64,000 nucleotides of DNA, taken from NCBI GenBank assembly GCA_027923505.1, contig BROI01000024.1, positions 1 through 64,000 on the forward strand, in the 5' to 3' direction. Each line of letters opens with the position of its first letter. The stretch's first letter is position 1. The notes beneath the pieces are model-generated. The model was not told where the DNA came from, did no database searches, and saw only the letters and a list, made by a program, of their open reading frames with translations. The DNA is from Mayamaea pseudoterrestris. Its lineage: Eukaryota. Below, in pieces: positions 1 to 9,400 of this stretch. A program made the translations under genes and the position numbers.

Positions 1-223
1 AACCTCACGATCGCGTGATGCGTGGCAGCGACGGCTTCGAAGCGATTCAACAAGTTATTTGCTGAAACTAGTGCGATATAGAGTAGAAACAAGCAGACTT
101 ACTAAGCTTGAAGAGTTAAGGAAGCGATTTATTCGTTCTCGTATTGTAGCAACTGCAAGCCCGGATTGGCCATCCAAGGACAGCTACAAGCGAAAGGTGC
201 AACGATTTGATTTACAAGTTACA
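1..223 (+). repeat. 5' LTR (partial)
   Basis: Matches 6268-6491 with only about 7 differences including a 1-nt indel; ends ...TTACAAGTTACA. Confidence 0.93.
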
Positions 224-374
224 AGATTAACACTGTCTTGAGACTCATTGCCTCGGCATAGAGACTTTATCGACGAAGAGTACTATTGATTTACGAAGTA
301 ACGTGGACGCACGTTGGTTCTTGGCCCGGAAAGTTCCGCAGGTGATAGCAAAGAACATTGTCACGACGACAACG

Positions 375-2021
375 ATGGCGGAAACTCGCGCGCAGAAAGA
401 CGCGGCGTTTGCGCATGTTTACGAAGAGAACGTAGGCGTTTTCCAAGATCCTCAGTTCAAGGAGTTATTCGACGAACTCGGAGTAGAATCGCTTACGCAA
501 CTGATCGAGATGGAGTACGACGATTTCGCGACGAAGTGGAACGTCACGACGACGACAACGACGACGACTGACGATGGCGACAATGTCACGCAGGAAACGA
601 GCGAACACTCGCTAACGAAGATGAAACAACGCACGATCACGAACGCGATCGAATGGTATTTCGCGCAAGAGTCGCCGGACATCAAGACATGGTCGCAACT
701 GACCACCGAAACGCTGGCGACGTTCGTCACAGCACGAGCGAAGGAACGAGTCCAAGCGCGCAACATTGCGAGCGTGGGCAGCGGAAGCGGAGCGAAACCT
801 CCAGCGAAGGAAAGCGAAACGGAATCCAAGAAGGACGAATCCAAGGACTCCACGCTAACGAACGAAGGCAACGAGTCGAAGCCTGACTCGGCCGACAAGG
901 TGCCACCGACGAGTGTGGACGTGGACACGAAGCAGTCACCGACATCCGTACTGGACCTCGGCGACGACGAAGACGACGAGAAGTATTCAGACCAATTTAC
1001 GAAGTCTATCAAGTTCTCGGCGCAGGATTGTAAAGAAATGAAGCTGGATTCCTCGTGGAAACAGTGGATTTCCGAGTTGAAAGTCATCGCTACATTGCAT
1101 GACTTCCACGAAGTCTTTGACGACGATTATGACCCGAAGGAAAAGGGACCGAAAGAACAGAAGGCGTATGCAAAGAAGAATGTGTTTGTATACAGGATCT
1201 TTCTCACGCACTGTCGAACTCCGTCTGCATCACTCGCAGTACAGCAGTTCAAGAAGACGATGGACGGACGCGAAGTCTACCAACGATTGCGAACGCGATA
1301 CGAAGAAGGCGCTACTGCTCACATCGAGAAGGAACGCGCGCGAACGGAACTGCAGGGAATGCGGCTGACCGAGAAGTGGTCACGGCCGACGATCGAATTT
1401 CTCGCACTGTTCTACAAGAAAGTCATCTGGCTGCTCGAAATGGACGCAGAAGCTCTGACAGGTTTACAACGATACGACATGCTACGCGACGCTTTCTCCG
1501 AGCACACAGGATTCAGCGCATCACTAGCAGGTTTTGACGGAATGATTGCCATCAAGAAACACATGGGGCAACACGACTCGGAAGACAATTTCGCGCAGTT
1601 GTACGCGCACTTAGAAGAGTGCTGCATCAAGTATGACAAGAAACACCTATCGACGACGAAGACTAAGCGCACAATCAATCAAGCGCAGTCTAGTGGAACG
1701 AAAGGAGGCGGCGGCGGCAATGGCGGCGCGACTCCAAGCGGCTTATCGGCGGAACGATTTGCAGCGATCATGAAGAAACCTCACGCGAGCGTGAAGGATG
1801 AAGTCTGGTTGGAGATGAAGTTTGATCAGCGAAAGCAGTTGAAGGACAGGCGTGCGACGGCGCCCAAGACACCCGAAAACGGATGGCGACCGCGCAACCA
1901 ACGAGGCACGGCTACGACGCAGACGCAAGTCAACGCGGCGCATCAAGAGCGTCACGCGACGGAATCTGTAGCGAACGATCACGCAAGCGTTCCTGGCACG
2001 ATTAAATCAGCCCGGCAATAG
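375..2021 (+). CDS. Retrotransposon Gag-like protein
   Basis: Long ORF after the 5' LTR (first ATG at 375), upstream of the protease; DGREVYQRLRTRYE...LTEKWS region resembles CoDi gag. Confidence 0.75.
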   Translation: MAETRAQKDAAFAHVYEENVGVFQDPQFKELFDELGVESLTQLIEMEYDDFATKWNVTTTTTTTTDDGDNVTQETSEHSLTKMKQRTITNAIEWYFAQESPDIKTWSQLTTETLATFVTARAKERVQARNIASVGSGSGAKPPAKESETESKKDESKDSTLTNEGNESKPDSADKVPPTSVDVDTKQSPTSVLDLGDDEDDEKYSDQFTKSIKFSAQDCKEMKLDSSWKQWISELKVIATLHDFHEVFDDDYDPKEKGPKEQKAYAKKNVFVYRIFLTHCRTPSASLAVQQFKKTMDGREVYQRLRTRYEEGATAHIEKERARTELQGMRLTEKWSRPTIEFLALFYKKVIWLLEMDAEALTGLQRYDMLRDAFSEHTGFSASLAGFDGMIAIKKHMGQHDSEDNFAQLYAHLEECCIKYDKKHLSTTKTKRTINQAQSSGTKGGGGGNGGATPSGLSAERFAAIMKKPHASVKDEVWLEMKFDQRKQLKDRRATAPKTPENGWRPRNQRGTATTQTQVNAAHQERHATESVANDHASVPGTIKSARQ

Positions 2022-2025
2022 TGGA

Positions 2026-5000
2026 ATGTCAGTCCAAACGGCTGCACGATCGGTTCTGCAAGCGAACAATGCGAGTACTACAACTCAGCAAGTGACAGGA
2101 TCGTTGACGACTGATAACACCGGACGAGGTACATTCAGCTTCAACATGCATCGTCGTATGCGCGTCAATCGCGCACACTACGAGCGGATCAACGAAGGCG
2201 CGCTCATCGACAGCGGCGCGAACGGAGGCTTATGCGGAGGAGACATGCTCGTCGTTTCGGAAACGAACGCCGAGGTGGATGTGACTGGTATTGACGATCA
2301 TATTGTCCCAGCTCTCAAGATTGGCACTGCAGCTGGACTGGCAAAGACCCTTAGTGGCGAAACCATTCTGCTTCTGTGTCACCAGTATGCTTTAAAGCGA
2401 GACGGACCGACGATTCATTGCCCGAATCAATTGCGCGCAATGGGACATCGCGTCGACGATATTCCGACCATGTTTGGCGGAACGCAACGAATTACGACGA
2501 ACATTGAGGCTACGTTTTGCCATTGGCAATTCGCGATGGCCTGGTGTACTTGGACGTGACGGAAACCCACGTTCGATGATTTGGATAAGTATCCGACTGT
2601 CATCATGACGTCGGACGGCCGTGGGACTCGACTGTTTACGATGTCGAGCACGCGCACGACGATTTCGACGAACGAGATCATGATTATGGATCTTTCGACG
2701 AACGATTCGATGATGACGGTATCACGCACCGCAATCGTCACACGCCGACACGCACTGGCGACGAACTTGACGTACTGATCAATCGGTGCGTGCGACACGC
2801 TCAGTTTTCACGCGTTAATTTGCGGAAGCTAAGAAGCAAGGAACCGGACTATAATGCTCTTCGGCCGTACCTCGGATGGGTCCCGACTGAGCGCGTTCAA
2901 CAGACTTTACGTCACACGGAAGCATGGTATCATCTCAGCGCACACCCGCGATTACCATTTCGACACCTCACGAAATCACGATTTTCCGGCCGCGAACGTT
3001 CAGCGGTTGCGCGAACTATTCGCCACGGACACGATACACTCTGACACGCCAGCTTTGGATGATGGAATTCTAGGGCATGGGGAGCTACTAAGATGCAGCT
3101 CTTTGTTGGACGAGAAAGTTTTTACACGCGCGGCTACCCGATGAAGTCGGAGAGCGAAATGTCAAACGCGTTAGAGGATTTTATCCGCGAAGTGGGCGCT
3201 CCTAACGGACTGCTCAGCGACAATGCCAAGTCGGAGACTGGCAAGGCTGTGAGGGATCTCTGTCGGATGTACAATATTCCTCAAGTGACCACAGAACCGG
3301 GTCATCCAGAACAAAATCCATGCGAACGTCACACGTCGCACATTAAGCCAATGATGGAGAACCTCCAACGAGATTCGGGTTCGCCAGGCCATTGCTGGGT
3401 TTTGCTGATTAAATTCGTAATCATGATACTGAACGTCCTCGCGACGAAATCGCTGGATGGCGCACGCCAACGGAAGTTGCGTTCGGAAATCTGCCGGATA
3501 TTTCGCCTTTGTTACATTTCAAGTGGTGGGAACCGGTCACGTTTGAGGCGCAGGGGAGTTTTCCCTCGGCGGTACGATCTGGCAACGGCCGATTCGTGGG
3601 CATCGCAGAGAATAGCGGTCCGCACATGACTTTTCTCGTTCTGACGGACGACACGCTTCAGGCGATTCCGCGCTCCAACGTGGTCTCGCGCAGCTACTTG
3701 TTACCACGAGAGTTGCCTTCCTTCCCTGAGTCTGGAGGGGAGATTTCTGAAGAAGCTACACGCGCAAGCGAGCGAAATTTTGAAACTCCAGATCTCGCGA
3801 CAGGACGCTACCATAGCACGCATGTGACAGAAAGTAGTCACGACAACTACGAAGGAAACGACGACGAAACAATTCCGATGGCGAACCACGCCAACGTACC
3901 AGCGAAGTTCTTCAGAAGGGCTGAGCAAGAATCAGGAATAAATGCCCTCTGTTCTCTCCAAGCGAACTCATCGGACGCACGTTCGTAAGGAACACGAAAA
4001 CGGTCAGAAAATGCGAGCGACTGTATGCGAATATATCGAAGTACGCGATAACGAGCTACTCGAAACGACGAAAGGTTTCCCTAATCCAAATGGGAGAGGA
4101 GCCAGCGAAAGACTTAATAAGTTACAACGAACTGTCGGATTTAATCGAACGACAGATGGACGAAGATATACGAAACGATCCGGCGACTCAGTGGGTATTC
4201 ACGAAGGTAATCGGACACGAGCTTAATTTGAAACCGAACGATCCGACATACAAAGGAAGTTCAAGTAACGTTCTCGTCGAATGGACTGACGGAACGACGA
4301 CGTGGGAGCCTCTCGCGATCATGAAGAAGGACGATCCGATAACGATCGCAGAGTATGGACTCAAGCACGGCTTACTCGACAAGCCAGGATGGAAGCAGCT
4401 GGAGCATTACACTCGGAAGCGAAAGAAGTTTCGACAGATGGTAACAGCGGCGAAACGAAAATCGAAAGCAAACGGCGTACGCTACAAATTCGGCGTAAGG
4501 TTGCCGCGCAATTATAAAGATGCGAAAGCTCTCGACGAGATCAACGGCAACACGCTGTGGACGGATGCGATTCGAACGGAATTAAATCAGATAAATGATT
4601 ACGACACGTTCGCAGATCAAGGAGTCGGTAAGGTTATGCCGACGCCGTGGAAACGAATAAACGTGCACATGATATTCGATGTCAAGCACGATTTGCGACG
4701 GAAAGCACGACTCGTTGCAGGAGGACATATGACAGAGCCGCCGAAGGATTCAGTTTACTCGGGCGTTGTGTCATTGCGAAGTCTACGAATGGTAGCGATG
4801 TTAGCGGAACTCAACGGTCTGGAACTGTGGGCAGCTGACGTCGGCAACGCATACTTGGAAGCGAAAACGAAAGAGAAGGTTTATATCGTGGCAGGTCCGG
4901 AGTTCGGGGAGCTCGAGGGTCACACGCTCACGATCGTGAAGGCATTATACGGTCTTCGCACGTCAGGGCGCACGCTGGCACGAGCACTTTGCAGACACGC

Positions 5001-6162
5001 TCCGCGACATTGGCTTCATGCCGTGTATCGCAGAACCGGACGTGTGGATGCGCGATAAAGGCACGCACTACGAATACGTTTGTGTGTATGTCGACGATTT
5101 AGCGATAGCGATGAAGAATCCGAAGGAACTAACGAATCTTTTAATTGAGAACTACAACTACAAGTTGAAGGGCGTCGGTCCATTGGCATATCATTTGGGC
5201 GCAGACGTTTGGCGAGACGACGACGGCGTACTCTGCTTCGAGCGAAGAAGTACGTCACAAGACTACTAGCGAACTACAAAGAAATGTTCGGCGAGGAACC
5301 GCGACCGCAGACAAGTCCACTACGCGACGGCGATCATCCGGAACTCGACGAAACGAAAGAACTTGACGACGACGGAATTGCGAAGTATCAATCGATAATT
5401 GGTGCGTTGCAATGGGCAGTAAGTTTATGTCGATTCGACATTCACTGTGCTGTCATGACTATGGGGAGATTCCGAGCTGCGCCACGAGCGGGGCACTTGG
5501 AACGGTTGAAGCATATTTGCGGATACTTACGAAGATACCCGGATGGAGCGATTCGATTCAACGTTTCGATTCCAACGGACGAGCGATACGCGACAGTTGA
5601 CAAGATGGATTGGGATTACAGTGTGTACGGCAAGATCTGCGAAGAGCTTCCGTGGAACATGCCCACGCCGCGCGGCAAGGCGGTGCGAATGTCAACGTTC
5701 GAAGATGCGAACCTGTACCACGATTACACGACGGGACGGGCAGCGATGGGCATGCTACACATGTTGAATGGAACAGTCGTTGATTGGTTTTCGAAACGCC
5801 AAGCGACGGTCGAGACGGCGACGTACGGCTCGGAGTTTGTAGCAGCGAGAGTGAGCACGGAGCAGATCATGGATCTTCGCTTCACGCTACGCATGTTGGG
5901 AGTTCCGCTCGACGGACCTTCATGGATGTTTGAAGACAACAAGTCGGTAACGCAAAGCAGCAACCTACCGCACTCTAGTCTGACGAAGCGACACAATGCA
6001 CTGGCATTTCACCGTGTACGCGAAGCGATTGCGGCGGGAATTATTAATTTCAACCACATCATGGGAACGACAAACCCGGCGGATGTACTTACCAAGTTTC
6101 TTCCACGGGCTACGGCAAGCAAGCACTTAAAGAACCTGCTCTTCAAGGAATCTAACTATTAG
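2026..6162 (+). pseudogene. Copia pol (PR-IN-RT-RH) split by about 10 frameshifts (decay or assembly error)
   Basis: Conserved motifs spread over ORF fragments 2026-2559, 2790-3144, 3093-3629, 3509-3988, 4090-5058, 5018-5269, 5209-6162. Confidence 0.85.
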
Positions 6163-6171
6163 GTATGACTT

Positions 6172-6179
6172 GAGGGGAG
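6172..6179 (+). other. Polypurine tract (PPT)
   Basis: GAGGGGAG immediately before the TG start of the 3' LTR. Confidence 0.8.
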
Positions 6180-6180
6180 T

Positions 6181-6491
6181 TGCAGGATGCGAACGAAAAC
6201 AGCGAAAATCGGGCAAGTCACACCGAATGTCCGATAGGGTGACACAGCGGCACTCGCGGCTCACCACAGCCTCACGATCGCGTGATGCGTGGCAGCGACG
6301 GCTTCGAAGCGATTCAACAAGTATATTGCTGAAACTAGTGCGATATAGAGTAGAAACAAGCAGACTTACTAAGCTTGAAGAGTTAAGAAAGCGATTTATT
6401 CGTCTCTCGTATTGTAGCAACTGCAAGCTTGGATTGGCCATCCAAGGACAGCTACAAGCGAAAGGTGCAACGATTTGATTTACAAGTTACA
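6181..6491 (+). repeat. 3' LTR (311 bp, TG...CA)
   Basis: Starts TGCAGG after the PPT, ends TTACA, duplicates 1-223, followed directly by satellite sequence AGGGCTTGCTGT. Confidence 0.92.
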
Positions 6492-9400
6492 AGGGCTTGC
6501 TGTCGGGGCATTTGAATGTCATGGCATCTGTGGCAGAGATTGGTGACAAGTTGTCACCATATACATTGCCATCCCCTGAGACACTAGCCAAGCCTACCAT
6601 CTTGTAGCGCTGCCTGAATAATGATGTTGGCACCGTTCTGGTGTAATTTGGTCACCTACAGGGCTTGCTGTAGGGGCGTTTGAATGTCATGGCATCTTCG
6701 GGCTGAGACTGGTGACAAGTTGTCACCAAATACATTGCCATCCCCTGAGACGCCAGCCAAGCCTACCATTTTGTAGCGCAGCCTGAATAATGATGTTGGC
6801 ACTATTCTGGTGTAATTTGGGCCCCTACAGGGCTTGCTGTAGGGGCATTTGAATGTCATGGCATCTTTGGCAGAGATTGGTGACAAGTTGTCACCAAATA
6901 CATTGCCATCCCCTGAGACACTAGCCAAGCCTACCATCTTGTAGCGCTGCCTGAATAATGATGTTGGCACCATTCTGGTGTAATTTGGGCACCTACAGGG
7001 CTTGCTGTAGGGGCATTTGAATGTCATGGCATCTGCGGGCTGAGACTGGTGACAAGTTGTCACCAAATACATTGCAATGCCCTGAGACACTAGCCAAGCT
7101 TACTATATTGTAGCGCAGCCTGAATGATGATGTTGGCACCATTCTGGTGTAATGTGGTCACCTATAGGGCTTGCTGTAGGGGTGTTTGAAGGGGGGACTA
7201 GCTATGGCGTGAATAGTGAACCCCCCACCATCCCAGTATCTGGCGGATAGGTTACTGGGCCGTTTCCCACATGTTGCAAGTGTGGCAAAGCGGTGATACT
7301 TTGGTTCGCCTAATTGTAATCACCGGACTCGTGCTCGGCTTGGGAGTTGGACATTCTGTGGAGACTGACGTGGGAAATGACCTCTCGAAGTTACTGTGCT
7401 ACGACGGTAGGACATGACCTGTTGAAGTTGAAGTAGTATATAGAAAACAAATAAGCCTTAGTCTAGATTACCAGAGCCTAGGAGAGGAGGAACCACTGTC
7501 CGAGGATTGGTATCCTCAGGGACAACCCCGAATCTCTGGAGGCCAGTTAACCAACAACAACAGGGGTGTTTGAATGTCACGGCATCTTCTGGCTGAGACT
7601 GGTGACAAGTTGTCACCAAATACATTGCCATCCCCTGAGACACCAGCCAAGCCTACCATCTTGTAGCGCAGCCTGAATAATGCAACACCATTCTGGTGTA
7701 TTTTGGGCCCCTACAGAGCTTGCTGTAGGGGTGTTTGAATGTCACGGCATCTGCTGGCTGAGACTGGTGACAAGTTGTCACCAAATACATTGCCATCCCC
7801 TGAGACACCAGCCAAGCCTACCATCTTGTAGCGCTGCCTGAATAATGATGTTGGCACCATCCTGGTGTAATTTGGGCCCCTAGAGGGCTGGCTGTAAGGG
7901 CGTTTGAATGTCACGGCATCTGCGGGCTGAGACTGGTGACAAGTTGTCACCAAATACATTGCCATCCCCTGAGACACCAGCCAAGCCTACCATCTTGTAG
8001 CGCAGCCTGAATAATGATGTTGGCACCATCCTGGTGTAACTTGGGTGTATACATGGCATGTTATGAATGCAATTGAATGTCATGGCATCTGCTGGCTGAG
8101 ACTGGTGACAAGTTGTCACCGAATACATTGCCATCTTCTGAGACACCAGCAAAGCTTTTCATCATGTAGTGCAGCCTGAATGATGATGTTGTCACCATTC
8201 TGGTGTAATTTGGGCCCCTACAGGTCTTGCTGTAGGGGTGTTTGAATGTCATGGCATCTGCTGGCTGAGACTGGTGACAAGTTGTCACCAAATACATTGC
8301 CATCCCCTGAGACACCAGCCAAGCCTACCATCTCGTAGTGCAGCCTGAATAATGATGTTGGCACCATTCTGCTGTAATTTGGGCACCTACAGGGCTTGCT
8401 AAGGGGCGTTTGAATGTCATGACATCTGCTGGCTGAGACTGGTGACAAGTTGTCACCAAATACATTGCCATCCCCTGAGACACCAGCCAAGCCTACCATC
8501 TTGTAGCGCAGCCTGAATAATGATGTTGGCACCGTTCTGGTGTAATTTGGGCCCCTACAGGGCTTGCTGTAGGGGTGTTTGAATGTCATGGCATCTGCTG
8601 GCTGAGACTGGTGACAAGTTGTCACCAAATACATTGCCATCCCCTGAGACACCAGCCAAGCCTACCATCTTGTAGCGCAGCCTGAATAATGATGTTGGCA
8701 CCATTCAGGTGTAATTTGGGCGCCTACAGGTCTTGCTGTAGGGGCGTTTGAATGTCACAGCATCTGCGGGCTGAGATTGGTGACAAGTTGTCACCAAATA
8801 CATTGCCATCCCCTGAGACACCAGCCAAGCCTACCATCTTGTAGCGCAGCCTGAATAATGATGTTGGCACCATTCTGGTGTAATTTGGGCACCTACAGGG
8901 CTTGCTGTAGAGGCATTTCAATGTCATGGCATCTGCGGGCTGAGACTGGTGACAAGTTGTCACCAAATACATTGCCATCCCCTGAGACACCAGCCAAGCC
9001 TACCATCTTGTAGCGCAGCCTGAATAATGATGTTGGCACCATTCTGGTGTAATTTGGGCCCCTACAGGGCTTGCTGTAGGGGTGTTTGAATGTCACGGCA
9101 TCTGCTGGCTGAGACTGGTGACAAGTTGTCACCAAATACATTGCCATCCCCTGAGACACCAGCCAAGCCTACCATCTTGTAGCGCAGCCTGAATAATGAT
9201 GTTGGCACTATTCTGGTGTAATTTGGGCCCCTACAGGGCTTGCTGTAGGGGTGTTTGAATGTCACAGCATCTGCTGGCTGAGACTGGTGACAAGTTGTCA
9301 CCAAATACATTGCCATCCCCTGAGACACCAGCCAAGCCTACCATCTTGTAGCGCAGCCTCAATAATGATGTTGGCACCATTCTGGTGTAATTTGGGCACC

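Larger units (their letters stand above)
1..6491 (+). mobile_element. Ty1/copia LTR retrotransposon (CoDi-like), 5' LTR cut by window edge, internal ORF broken by many frameshifts
   Basis: Copia domain order gag-PR-IN-RT-RH: protease ALIDSGANGG (~2200); integrase FATDT...DNAKSE...EPGHPEQNPCER (~3020-3330); RT KARLVAGGH, ADVGNAYL, KALYGL, YVDD (~4700-5100); RNase H TYGSEF, DNKSV, NPADVLTK (~5700-6095); direct LTRs at both ends. Confidence 0.96.

Noticed and set aside
59..241. Small ORFs in the LTRs (59-241 and 6170-6478)
   Set aside because: Non-ATG starts, and frames differ between the two LTR copies
6541..6559. Similarity of the dyad to bacterial matS (GTGACRNYGTCAC)
   Set aside because: Spacer is 5 nt rather than 3 and the host is a eukaryote; likely coincidental
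7191..7400. HDV-like or hammerhead ribozyme at the insert's 5' end
   Set aside because: Could not fit P3/L3/P1.1 or CTGANGA/GAAA cores by eye; left as a test only
7191..7561. Solo LTR, MITE or tRNA gene interpretation of the insert
   Set aside because: No TG..CA ends or TIRs; 13-bp TSD plus CAA tail indicates target-primed insertion; no cloverleaf or B-box
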